IMG/VR virus record: IMGVR_UViG_3300020416_000002 | Origin: a virus | Strand: one strand, 5' to 3' | DNA: 64,000 bases | Shown here: piece by piece, positions 47,670-55,813 of the stretch | Layout: each line of letters begins with the position of its first letter | Numbering within the stretch: the first letter of the stretch is position 1 | The notes under the pieces: model-generated | What the model saw: the letters and a program-made list of their open reading frames with translations, nothing else | Told to the model about the DNA's origin: nothing | Database searches by the model: none | Position numbers and translations under genes: made by a program

Positions 47670-48542
47670 TCATTCTTCCGCAAGACGCTGGAAGTATGCT
47701 AGTGCATCATCCTCGCTCTCTTTAGCGGTAAGTTGTTTTACTGGTTCTTGTGTTCTCTCTTCTATCTCATCCTCAATAGATTCATCATACGCTACAGGTT
47801 GTGCAGATGGGATCTTAAGAACAGCGTCAAGACGCTTCTTGAGATCTTCGTATGGTTTGAATTTATCAGTAGAGATCAATTCTGCAAGAGAATATTCCTT
47901 CTTCCAAAGTGCTTCAAGTGCGTCATCATCTTCCAAGAGAGCACCTTGCTTAGCAAACTCTGAAGAGTCGTAGTTCCAGTAACCAGCGACTTTCTTGATC
48001 TTGATCTTAAAGTCTGCTCCTTGCCAGAAGTCAAAAGGATTGATAGGTGACTCATCCTCAAACTCTGGTTGCATAGCACCCATGATTTTGTCAAAAATCT
48101 TTTTACCGTATTTGTATAGAAAAACTTTTCCCTCATTTTGAGGATTGGCAGGATCCTTAACAATATAGATGTTGCTATAGTAGGAAAGTTTACGCTTTTG
48201 TTTACGAGCGATTTCTTTGTCAGAGTCAACCCCACTGTTCCAGAGTCGAGTATTGTACTCAGATACTGGATCTTTACCATTAAGAGTAGTAAGACTATTC
48301 TCAATGTACCATCCGCCTGGTCCTTGGAAGGCATGTGAATACAATTTTACCCAAGGAAGGTCTTCACCATCAGGTGCAGGAAGGAATCGAACAACTGCGT
48401 ATCCGTTACCTGCTTTATCAACTTCAGGTTTCCAGAGACGCTCGTCTCCTTGATTAGGGGAATTAGATTTCTCAACTTCTTTAACCAGTTTTGCGGTCAA
48501 AGAACCGAGAGATGATTGCTTTTTAAGCGATGCAAAAGACAT
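47670..48542 (-). CDS. gp32: single-stranded DNA-binding protein gp32
   Basis: MSFASLKK, DERLWKP, GNGYAVVRFLP, HAFQGPGGWYIENSLTT, acidic tail. Confidence 0.97.
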   Translation of the reverse strand: MSFASLKKQSSLGSLTAKLVKEVEKSNSPNQGDERLWKPEVDKAGNGYAVVRFLPAPDGEDLPWVKLYSHAFQGPGGWYIENSLTTLNGKDPVSEYNTRLWNSGVDSDKEIARKQKRKLSYYSNIYIVKDPANPQNEGKVFLYKYGKKIFDKIMGAMQPEFEDESPINPFDFWQGADFKIKIKKVAGYWNYDSSEFAKQGALLEDDDALEALWKKEYSLAELISTDKFKPYEDLKKRLDAVLKIPSAQPVAYDESIEDEIEERTQEPVKQLTAKESEDDALAYFQRLAEE

Positions 48543-48585
48543 AAGATTTGGCCTGTGTAATTGGATTTGGCTTGTGTACTGGTCT

Positions 48586-48614
48586 ATTATAGGGCGACAG
48601 TGCTCCCATGTCAA
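48586..48614 (-). promoter_or_regulatory. consensus sigma70 promoter TTGACA-N17-TATAAT for gp32
   Basis: Perfect hexamers at 48609-48614 and 48586-48591. Confidence 0.85.
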
Positions 48615-48953
48615 TTATTTTCCGTCTTTAAGACCCTGCCTTACTTTATCTAAAGTCTTTCTCATATTAGAGAAAAGGACATTACAATCAACATCCTTTG
48701 GAAATCCCATCAGAATAGCAGAGTCCCTTACATTCTGTGCTACCTCAGCAGCACGAGGATCATCAGACAATTTCATGCGAGTATAAAGAATTTGCTGTTT
48801 ATCTAAAAGTTCATCGAGTAATTCAAGATGATCTATTTGTTCATCAAGGGGAAGTTCTGGAAATTTAAAGACTTGAGAATATACCTCTTCCTGCATTTCA
48901 TTGATAATATCCATTTCCTCCTTAACTATATCGCTATCGAAAAAATTAGACAT
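48615..48953 (-). CDS. DUF1825-family protein
   Basis: FFDSDIV.EE...KQ.I.YTR.KLSDDP.A. Confidence 0.85.
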   Translation of the reverse strand: MSNFFDSDIVKEEMDIINEMQEEVYSQVFKFPELPLDEQIDHLELLDELLDKQQILYTRMKLSDDPRAAEVAQNVRDSAILMGFPKDVDCNVLFSNMRKTLDKVRQGLKDGK

Positions 48954-48995
48954 GAATCTCCGTTCTGTAATACTATTTATGTTGATTATACCATA

Positions 48996-49250
48996 TTAAA
49001 GAGGGAGTTTGGCACGAGTGGTTTTCTTCATAAAGTTCAGTTGTTGGGCATCACATTTCAATTTTTCCTTAAGTGGTTTAGAAATCAGTTTAGTTACTGA
49101 GTCTAATTCAATACTGTGCTCGTCACAAAACAAAATAACTGCATCAATGTAGTTGATTTTCTCAACTTTGACAAGTTTTTCAATTTCAACGGCAAATTTT
49201 GCTGCTGTCATAAACTTTTTATTCAGTGCTGTTGTAAATTCATTTTCCAT
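48996..49250 (-). CDS. gp33: late transcription co-activator gp33
   Basis: FAVEIE, YIDAV, LISKPLKEKLK.DA..LN. Confidence 0.9.
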   Translation of the reverse strand: MENEFTTALNKKFMTAAKFAVEIEKLVKVEKINYIDAVILFCDEHSIELDSVTKLISKPLKEKLKCDAQQLNFMKKTTRAKLPL

Positions 49251-49917
49251 GTAATTCTAGTTGATAGTTTAAGAAGTTTTCTATGTAAGAAACTAGTAGG
49301 TTCATATATTTTTTCTTATCGTATTCTTCATAAACTACACACTCGCCGTCTTCACATGCCATGATAATGACAAGTTTTTTAACTGGAGTACCTGTTAGTT
49401 CATAATACATGCATGCATATGCTGCTGCCTGTACAAAGTACCCTTCAATCCAACTCCTAGGTTTTGGTGCCTTAGATGTTTTAAAGTCAATAACAGATAA
49501 TTCTCCGTTATATTCTCCAATGCAGTCTACAGTACCAGCAACTCCAAGTTGTTTACTATAAAGAGCACCCTCTAGAGTGTGGATATTGTCAATCTTATTA
49601 AGAGTGGGTTTAGCAATCTTAAATAAGAACTCTGAAATGGGACGCACTTCAGGTAAATCCTCATTTTTTAAATAATGCTCTGTAAGAGTGTGCATGTCGG
49701 TGCCACGACTAGTTGCCTTACGAGTAATCTCGTTTGCCTTGTCTTCACCGACTCTTTTTCTCCATTTAGCAAATTTTGCTCTATTATAATGACTCGTGAC
49801 AGATGTGATAGAAACTAATTTTAGTAGTTCATCTTCATCTGGAACCGAGTAATAACGAACTCCATCAATAGTTTCTCTCTCCAATGGAGAAAGATCTACA
49901 TCTACATGATTAAACAT
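49240..49917 (-). CDS. PD-(D/E)xK exonuclease
   Basis: SITSV, RGTDMH, AGTVDCI, IDFKTS, QAAAY. Confidence 0.9.
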   Translation of the reverse strand: MFNHVDVDLSPLERETIDGVRYYSVPDEDELLKLVSITSVTSHYNRAKFAKWRKRVGEDKANEITRKATSRGTDMHTLTEHYLKNEDLPEVRPISEFLFKIAKPTLNKIDNIHTLEGALYSKQLGVAGTVDCIGEYNGELSVIDFKTSKAPKPRSWIEGYFVQAAAYACMYYELTGTPVKKLVIIMACEDGECVVYEEYDKKKYMNLLVSYIENFLNYQLELHGK

Positions 49918-50672
49918 TACATACTCAAAGCGTGTTTAGTAATTAGATATTCTTTACAAAGACCTGAACGAACGATGTCTTCAAGACCAAATTCAATACA
50001 TGAGAATGAAGGCATTTGCTGTAAGATATTCATAAAATCAAGGATACCATTTCTCTCTTTATCTCGTGTGAGATCAGATTGAGTAGCATCACCACAGAAG
50101 TGAATTTTTGTATCCTCTCCTACTCTTGTTATTATACTATCTAATTCGTGAAAATTCAAGTTTTGACACTCGTCAACAATAACAATAGCATTATCAAGAG
50201 TTGTACCTCTTATAAAAGATGTACTCCAAAAAGAAATAGTCTCCTGAGTTTTAAGATTGCCATAAAGCATCTCAAAATCAGCATCGGAGTTCATCTCAAA
50301 CATATACTTTACCATATTCTTGTAAGGAATTTGATAAAGTGCGGATTTGTCCTCATGGTCACCAGGTAGGAAACCAATTTCCCTAGTGGATACCAAAGAA
50401 CGCACAATGTAAATTTTTTGGTATGGAGTTGTTTCATCCAATACCTCTTTTATGGCATTATATAATGTAATAAAAGTTTTACCAGTACCTGCACAACCAT
50501 ATACAAAAAGATTCTTTCCTGCTTTATAATCATCAAACAACTTTCTCTGATTGTCAGTCAGTGGTTGTATGTCTGTGAGAAAATCATTGTTGATTGGTTT
50601 TTTCCGACGCATTTGTTTTGCCGAATGTCCAATCCCAATAATTGCACCTGCAGTTTTTCTTTTTCTTGGCAT
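49917..50672 (-). CDS. phoH: PhoH-family ATPase
   Basis: GCAGTGKT, REIGFLPG, IRGTTL, DECQN, CGDATQSD. Confidence 0.96.
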   Translation of the reverse strand: MPRKRKTAGAIIGIGHSAKQMRRKKPINNDFLTDIQPLTDNQRKLFDDYKAGKNLFVYGCAGTGKTFITLYNAIKEVLDETTPYQKIYIVRSLVSTREIGFLPGDHEDKSALYQIPYKNMVKYMFEMNSDADFEMLYGNLKTQETISFWSTSFIRGTTLDNAIVIVDECQNLNFHELDSIITRVGEDTKIHFCGDATQSDLTRDKERNGILDFMNILQQMPSFSCIEFGLEDIVRSGLCKEYLITKHALSM

Positions 50673-50673
50673 A

Positions 50674-50928
50674 TTAGTCTAAAGTGAGTTTTTGGCGATT
50701 TTGACCTGTTTTTTGAGCTCTTCCTAAGATCTCATTCCAACCAGGTTTGGATTTTCTGAGTTTGTCTTTCCACTCTCCAACTTCTCCTACACCAGGCATC
50801 GTTGATGGATCAGACCAATCCCTTTTCCAATCGGGATTATCCTCACACCACTTAGACCATTCTGTGATACTCATTGCAACTTCTTTCTGTTCGCCAGTCT
50901 CTTTGTTAATTACAGGATAAGTAGCCAT
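50674..50928 (-). CDS. conserved cyanophage hypothetical (MATYPVINKETGEQKE)
   Basis: Familiar gene between thyX and phoH. Confidence 0.8.
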   Translation of the reverse strand: MATYPVINKETGEQKEVAMSITEWSKWCEDNPDWKRDWSDPSTMPGVGEVGEWKDKLRKSKPGWNEILGRAQKTGQNRQKLTLD

Positions 50929-50951
50929 AAAAGTTTACAAGGTAGTTTTAT

Positions 50952-51587
50952 TTAGACCCACTCCAATGCCTCTGCACAAGTTGGGAATTGTTCGGTAAAT
51001 ACTGTTTTACACTCATTAGCAATATCCATATGCTCTTTTTGAGTGCCATTTGCAGTTCTTAGTTCAATATAATGAATCCATGAACGACATGAACCTGTCA
51101 TGTAGATTTTAGTCGGAGTTGCTAACGGGAGAACAAATCTCGCACATTCCTTCGCAATGCCCTCACGGATAAGTTCATTGTATAGATCAGTTGCCTGAAC
51201 GAAATGCCTTTGAATAATTTTTTGAAGTTGTTCCTTCTGACTCTGCGAGATATCATCGATAGAATTTTGTCTATTTTTACTGTCCTGCCTCCTAAGTTCG
51301 GGTACAGGAATATTTGTTGCTAATAAATTAGCATCTGCATAGCGTTGTGAAAACTCTTGGAATGTAAAACTACGATGTCTTAAAATTTGTGCTGCAATAC
51401 CTCTGGTAGTTTCAATTTCAAGCGTCATAAACGCTTGCTCAAATACAGACCAGTGGTTATGTTTGATGCAATATTTTAAAAGTCCAGCGTAATTAGGATT
51501 CTCTTGATTATTCGGATTTGATACTCTGGCAACATATGCCATGAGTTTTTCCGCATCAGGTGTTGCCTGAATCAGGTTTACTGTCAT
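50952..51587 (-). CDS. thyX: FAD-dependent thymidylate synthase
   Basis: HWSVFEQ, QILRHRSFTFQEFSQRY, ECARFVLP. Confidence 0.96.
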   Translation of the reverse strand: MTVNLIQATPDAEKLMAYVARVSNPNNQENPNYAGLLKYCIKHNHWSVFEQAFMTLEIETTRGIAAQILRHRSFTFQEFSQRYADANLLATNIPVPELRRQDSKNRQNSIDDISQSQKEQLQKIIQRHFVQATDLYNELIREGIAKECARFVLPLATPTKIYMTGSCRSWIHYIELRTANGTQKEHMDIANECKTVFTEQFPTCAEALEWV

Positions 51588-51679
51588 CCTGTAGTCTTCT
51601 CAATTGTTTTAATTTAAGTTGTGCCTTTGCTCTCTTTTTTGCCCTACGCATATAAGAAAGTTCAGACTCAGTATACATT

Positions 51680-51958
51680 TCAGGGTTTTTTAACGCTTTC
51701 TTCACCAGTTTGATGGTGTCTTTTAGTCTCATAGTACCTTTTGTAAAAACTTACTAATTTTTCAGTATTGCTGTTTCCTTGCGAAATCCAGTCATGAGCA
51801 CATTCGTAGATTGATTGTGCATGATAACCTTTACAACCATATTTAGTTAGTAGTAGTTTAAGGCACTCTTGTCTGAGTTTCATTTTTTGCGGTGTGTACC
51901 GCCAATCATCAGACATAACTTGACACACAATCATCATCCTTAACATAACAAGGTACAC
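51680..51958 (-). CDS. hypothetical (likely start MSDDWRY)
   Basis: ORF track. Confidence 0.6.
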   Translation of the reverse strand: MYLVMLRMMIVCQVMSDDWRYTPQKMKLRQECLKLLLTKYGCKGYHAQSIYECAHDWISQGNSNTEKLVSFYKRYYETKRHHQTGEESVKKP

Positions 51959-52163
51959 CTGCAGGGTCTAACCATTTGGTGTATTCAAAATCCTCGATAG
52001 CATAATCTAACTGGACTTGATTGTCACATAGGTACATATCCCTGTATCGATTAGTATACTCATCGATTTTTTGGATACGAAAATCAGGTTTTCCGTTAAT
52101 CTCCAATGTACCACACTGGACATAACGATAGGGATACCTCTCAAGGATAACGGTAGGTTTCAT
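51909..52163 (-). CDS. conserved cyanophage hypothetical
   Basis: ERYPYRYVQCG...YTKWLDP. Confidence 0.75.
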   Translation of the reverse strand: MKPTVILERYPYRYVQCGTLEINGKPDFRIQKIDEYTNRYRDMYLCDNQVQLDYAIEDFEYTKWLDPAGVPCYVKDDDCVSSYV

Positions 52164-52636
52164 GGTTTAGGTTTGAGATACTTCTCTATTTTACCAAATT
52201 CTAGCACATAAAACAAGCTCCTGTGAATACCCATTTGACGCAATTTGGCAATACGATGTTTGCCATCAATCATGCGATATTTCAAATTATAGGGATTAGG
52301 AGCATTTTTTGCGATAATGCCAGGATATGTAATTTCACAATCACTGTATCTTTTCTGATCTACAGTTTTCATGAAAAGTTCTCTAGACAGGTTCATGCCT
52401 TTCCAAGCAATTCTATCATGAGATATAATTTTTATTTTTTTATCTGTTAATAGGTGAAAGATGTCGGATAATTGGAGTATCATTGTTTCTCCGTTTATTC
52501 TCCAATCTCCATATAATGAGAGACTGCAAGAATGAACCCCATTAATCGGGATATCCGTCATCGTCGAATACTTCATCATAGTCGGTGGGTTTTTGAGGAA
52601 AATCACTGAGAACTTCCTGTTTTGTTGTATAAGCAC
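52160..52636 (-). CDS. ParB/Srx-like domain protein (likely start MTDIPI at 52561)
   Basis: YPGII...YRMIDGKHRIAKL. Confidence 0.6.
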   Translation of the reverse strand: MLIQQNRKFSVIFLKNPPTMMKYSTMTDIPINGVHSCSLSLYGDWRINGETMILQLSDIFHLLTDKKIKIISHDRIAWKGMNLSRELFMKTVDQKRYSDCEITYPGIIAKNAPNPYNLKYRMIDGKHRIAKLRQMGIHRSLFYVLEFGKIEKYLKPKP

Positions 52637-52723
52637 TTATGTCAGAGTAAATTTCTGACTCAATCTCTTCAACAATGTTTTTTAGATCAAAAAGTAAAAC
52701 TTTTAATTTTCCTTTGTTCATGA

Positions 52724-52990
52724 TTATTCATTCAGTAGTTCACTAGACCTTCTATCTATGTTTGACATAGTTGAACTTGACTTAAAATATTTGTTTATAA
52801 CTTCTAATTGATCATCATATCTAGCAATCTTATCAAGTTCAACTTGGATTGCCTCAGTAATATCTGAATGCTCTCCAATACCTGCTGGATGCTCTAGATA
52901 TACCTCCACATTTGCTCTGTGTTTGGCAATTTCGCCTTGAGCATGTGCCAATACTGCTCTAAGCAGTTGTTCTCTCATATGAAGTGCCAT
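52724..52990 (-). CDS. conserved phage hypothetical (GIGEHSDI family)
   Basis: HRANVEVYL..PAGIGEHSDI. Confidence 0.8.
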   Translation of the reverse strand: MALHMREQLLRAVLAHAQGEIAKHRANVEVYLEHPAGIGEHSDITEAIQVELDKIARYDDQLEVINKYFKSSSTMSNIDRRSSELLNE

Positions 52991-53020
52991 AGACTTAGTA
53001 ACTTTTTAACATTATAGTAT

Positions 53021-53047
53021 AAAAAAAGAGGGGTGTAAACCCCCCTT
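53021..53047 (-). terminator. terminator of the riboswitch operon; loop carries -35 TTTACA, 17 nt to TATAAT
   Basis: GGGGGG-TTTACA-CCCCTC-T7. Confidence 0.75.
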
Positions 53048-53070
53048 GATACCAATGATGGATCTGACCT

Positions 53071-53172
53071 TCAGATCTCTGTACCCCTCAATAGGAGTAC
53101 TTCGCCGTAAATAAACGCGAGAAACACGGCACATCCTATGGAGATTCCTCCGACAATGTATAGTGCTTCCAT
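53071..53172 (-). CDS. 33-aa single-TM peptide
   Basis: MEALYIVGGISIGCAVFLAFIYGEVLLLRGTEI, 4 nt after the DUF4278 stop. Confidence 0.6.
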   Translation of the reverse strand: MEALYIVGGISIGCAVFLAFIYGEVLLLRGTEI

Positions 53173-53176
53173 TGGT

Positions 53177-53320
53177 CTAACTCTTAGAGGCGAACTTGCG
53201 TTTCACCTTAATGCCACGATACATTAGTTCATGGTTACGGTTTTGTTCTCTCTCTGCGAGAACTTTTGCTTTATATCCTTCGGCGTCGTATTTGACACCG
53301 CGATAGGTGATTTGAGTCAT
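53177..53320 (-). CDS. DUF4278-family peptide, 47 aa (below cutoff)
   Basis: MTQITYRGVKYDAEGYKAKVLAEREQNRNHELMYRGIKVKRKFASKS; two YRG repeats; AGGAG SD. Confidence 0.85.
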   Translation of the reverse strand: MTQITYRGVKYDAEGYKAKVLAEREQNRNHELMYRGIKVKRKFASKS

Positions 53321-53354
53321 TTGCCTTCTCCTGAAGTAGTTGGGATTTTAGCCC

Positions 53355-53597
53355 CGTTCCTTCAGTCGTTTGCGTCCCATGTACATGTTAGACCCATTGT
53401 TTCAACTAGATGAACTTGATAGATTTCCATGATTTCAATCCTCTGTTGAGGTGTGAGGTCAGGATGTCTTTTTACGCGATCAAGCTTTTCAGCAATATCC
53501 GCACAAGTTACACCTGCGACCAATAGTCCTACTAAATGTATCATAGGATGAACGCTCCGTTCCGCGACCTACTTGCGTCCCTTTCGGGATGAACGAT
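53355..53597 (-). ncRNA. glutamine riboswitch (glnA/downstream-peptide family), nested double form
   Basis: AUCGUUCA-UCCC GAAA GGGA-CGCAAGUA...CGACUGAAGGAACG; starts 7 nt after TATAAT (53604-53609); precedes DUF4278. Confidence 0.85.
53362..53544 (-). CDS. 60-aa protein encoded inside the riboswitch
   Basis: GGAG SD, hydrophobic N-terminus, two Cys; the WDAND* end is encoded by aptamer sequence. Confidence 0.7.
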   Translation of the reverse strand: MIHLVGLLVAGVTCADIAEKLDRVKRHPDLTPQQRIEIMEIYQVHLVETMGLTCTWDAND

Positions 53598-53697
53598 ATG
53601 TGCATTATAACACATTACTATGTATATGACCACTTATTGTAACATTTTGTAAAGTGAATCCTACAGACCAAAAAAATTATGGAATTTTTTTTCCCGA

Positions 53698-54465
53698 TTA
53701 TCTGTAATTGGGGTTCGGTTTTCCCTCAGGGATTGAGTCTAAAACTTTTTCTCTTGGGAACCAACCGAGTTCACACAGTGCTGTAGTGTCAGCACATGTA
53801 ACATCTCTCTCGCCTGGCGTGTGCTCCTTGACTGGTAGATTTGCTTGACCAAATGCCTCTGCTAGTTCTCTTACCGTAGTAGTTTCTCCTGTTCCAATAT
53901 CAATAACTCCTGTGGTTGTGCTTGTCATTAAGTAACAAATTGCTCTAGCAACATCCTTCACATGAATCCAATCTCTTTTATGATTAGTAATATATTTTGC
54001 GGTCTTATCCTGTAACATTCTGTAAAGCATGTCAGGTCTGCTATTCTCACCGTAGACGGTCTGGAATCTCATTCCTACACTATTAGGTGGTGCTTGTAGT
54101 TCATTGACCTTCTTGGTGATACCATAAGGGTTCTGCCACCACTCTTCGACTTGTGCAGAACTAGCATAGAGTAACCTAGTTCTATATTTCCTACAATATT
54201 CAAAAATAGGTTTAGATTTCTCTACATTATTCTCCCAAAATTTTTCTGGATTATCTATGCTGTCTCTGATAGCAGCAAACGCTGCTAGATGAATAATAAC
54301 ATCATAGGGTTGATCAAACATACCAATCTCAGACTGAAAATCCCCGATATCATCGGGGAAATCCATACCATCAACTGAGTATCCATAACCTGCATCATGT
54401 CTAAGGTGATCAAACACATAACTGCCAATGAATCCCTTATGACCCGTAACAAGGATCTTTGTCAT
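53698..54465 (-). CDS. NAD-dependent nucleotide-sugar epimerase
   Basis: TGHKGFIG, HLAA, YASSA, YGITK, RDWIHV.D. Confidence 0.9.
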   Translation of the reverse strand: MTKILVTGHKGFIGSYVFDHLRHDAGYGYSVDGMDFPDDIGDFQSEIGMFDQPYDVIIHLAAFAAIRDSIDNPEKFWENNVEKSKPIFEYCRKYRTRLLYASSAQVEEWWQNPYGITKKVNELQAPPNSVGMRFQTVYGENSRPDMLYRMLQDKTAKYITNHKRDWIHVKDVARAICYLMTSTTTGVIDIGTGETTTVRELAEAFGQANLPVKEHTPGERDVTCADTTALCELGWFPREKVLDSIPEGKPNPNYR

Positions 54466-54854
54466 TCTTTTTTCTTTCTTTTTGATGGTGGTTTAGGTTG
54501 AGTACCCCAAAGAGCGGGTTTCCTATTACCTTTTGTAAATGCGATTGCCTTCAATCCCTTCTTGAGTTTGTCCCAATAGAAATTAAAGATGTCACTTTGT
54601 TTTTGTGCCATCACAATGTCGTAGTGGATGACATCAGAATTGTCTGAAGTATATGATACTACAAACGAATTGGTAGGCAAAGAAGTGTCTTGCGACTTAG
54701 CAAAGTCACAATCTGTTTCATGGATATTGATCCAGTATACTTCCTTTGCCTCCTTTTTCTCTTCAGGAGTCCATACTCTAGACCCTGTTGCCCCAGACGA
54801 TATCGGGGTAGGCTTCTTTAACGACTGGGAAGCTGCATTTGTATTTTCTGCCAA
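54462..54854 (-). CDS. conserved cyanophage hypothetical
   Basis: IHETDCD...LPTNS...DIV...IF..YWD. Confidence 0.7.
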   Translation of the reverse strand: MAENTNAASQSLKKPTPISSGATGSRVWTPEEKKEAKEVYWINIHETDCDFAKSQDTSLPTNSFVVSYTSDNSDVIHYDIVMAQKQSDIFNFYWDKLKKGLKAIAFTKGNRKPALWGTQPKPPSKRKKKE

Positions 54855-55239
54855 GTTTTTTGTCCTTTGCTAAACATAATACTTCTGCTTCACCTGGATT
54901 TAAGGATTCAAGCAGTTGGATGAACAAGACCTCACGGCGAGTGCTCGTGAGTTCATAGTTACCTCCTTCAATGAAATTATACAGTGTTCTGTACTCAGAT
55001 GCAAGTTTGCTCTGAGATTCCACTGTAGGGGAAGGATTTGGTTCATATGGTACATCTCCATCTGGTAATGCACTCTTCAAACTCTCATCATAATTCCAAA
55101 TAAGACAGTAACGAAGTGCTTTAGAGTCATAGTTTCTAAGCAATTCAATCTTTTTATCTTTAGTCTTTGCCTTATGAACTGCGTCCAAGACTTCACTAAC
55201 GAGAGGTTTAGGTGGTAATTTTGCCATAATAAGTTTCAA
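54778..55239 (-). CDS. conserved T4-like hypothetical (LPDGDVPY...RREVLFIQLLE family)
   Basis: Familiar core motif. Confidence 0.8.
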   Translation of the reverse strand: MKLIMAKLPPKPLVSEVLDAVHKAKTKDKKIELLRNYDSKALRYCLIWNYDESLKSALPDGDVPYEPNPSPTVESQSKLASEYRTLYNFIEGGNYELTSTRREVLFIQLLESLNPGEAEVLCLAKDKKLGRKYKCSFPVVKEAYPDIVWGNRV

Positions 55240-55242
55240 AAG

Positions 55243-55473
55243 TTAAATGTCGTCTTCTACATCCTCATTTTCATTCAAAAAACGAAATGCAATTAGAGAG
55301 TCAGGAAGAATGTTTCCATCTTCATCATACATTTCAGGATGAGTTGGAGGATTAATGTTAGGTCTGTCGTGATGATAAAACATGTACTCTCTGAGTACCC
55401 ATCCTAACATTACAGACAAAATTGCTGTCAGGATAACAAAAAAAGATCCGAAGACCAAAGATACTGCTAACAT
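55243..55473 (-). CDS. single-TM hypothetical (HPEMYDEDG motif)
   Basis: TM helix followed by a conserved motif. Confidence 0.75.
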   Translation of the reverse strand: MLAVSLVFGSFFVILTAILSVMLGWVLREYMFYHHDRPNINPPTHPEMYDEDGNILPDSLIAFRFLNENEDVEDDI

Positions 55474-55535
55474 TGTTTTTCTCTATAGGGTTATTTTAGA
55501 ATTTAAAAATGCCCCTCCATGCTAATTAATTTTAT

Positions 55536-55787
55536 TTAGCTAGCGAGTTTGCGTTCTTTAAAAAAGGAGGCAACTTCAAGAGACCCTCCTACATGTACTC
55601 TTCCCTCTTCGGGAATGTCAACAACCACTTGAGGAAATTGAAAGGAATTAAATTCCTGATTGAATTCCTCAATCGTAAAGTGTTCGTCCAAAGTATACAC
55701 TCTATAAGTTTGTTTTGTCAACTCCATGAGTTGCTTAACTTTGTCACAATAATCGCAACCATCCATTGAGTAGACAGTAAAGTTCAT
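55536..55787 (-). CDS. glutaredoxin
   Basis: CDYC, FPQV, GG; late promoter TATAAATA at 55811-55818. Confidence 0.9.
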   Translation of the reverse strand: MNFTVYSMDGCDYCDKVKQLMELTKQTYRVYTLDEHFTIEEFNQEFNSFQFPQVVVDIPEEGRVHVGGSLEVASFFKERKLAS

Positions 55788-55813
55788 AGTAGTTTAGGAA
55801 TATGAAAAATTAT

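Noticed and set aside
2141-48614. Longest-ORF starts at 2506, 3825, 6360, 15504, 17275 and 48614
   Set aside because: These extensions run through promoters or upstream genes; downstream ATGs (2458, 3774, 6327, 15441, 17218, 48542) fit better
49240-49917. Cas4 of a CRISPR system
   Set aside because: Core exonuclease between phoH and gp33; lacks the four-Cys Fe-S pattern and any cas context
53231-53413. Plus-strand 60-aa ORF
   Set aside because: Shadow of the DUF4278 gene and riboswitch
53639-53652. NtcA box upstream of the riboswitch promoter
   Set aside because: GTA-N8-TAA has a mismatch and lies 29 nt from the -10 rather than the usual ~22; too weak to call, though worth an EMSA
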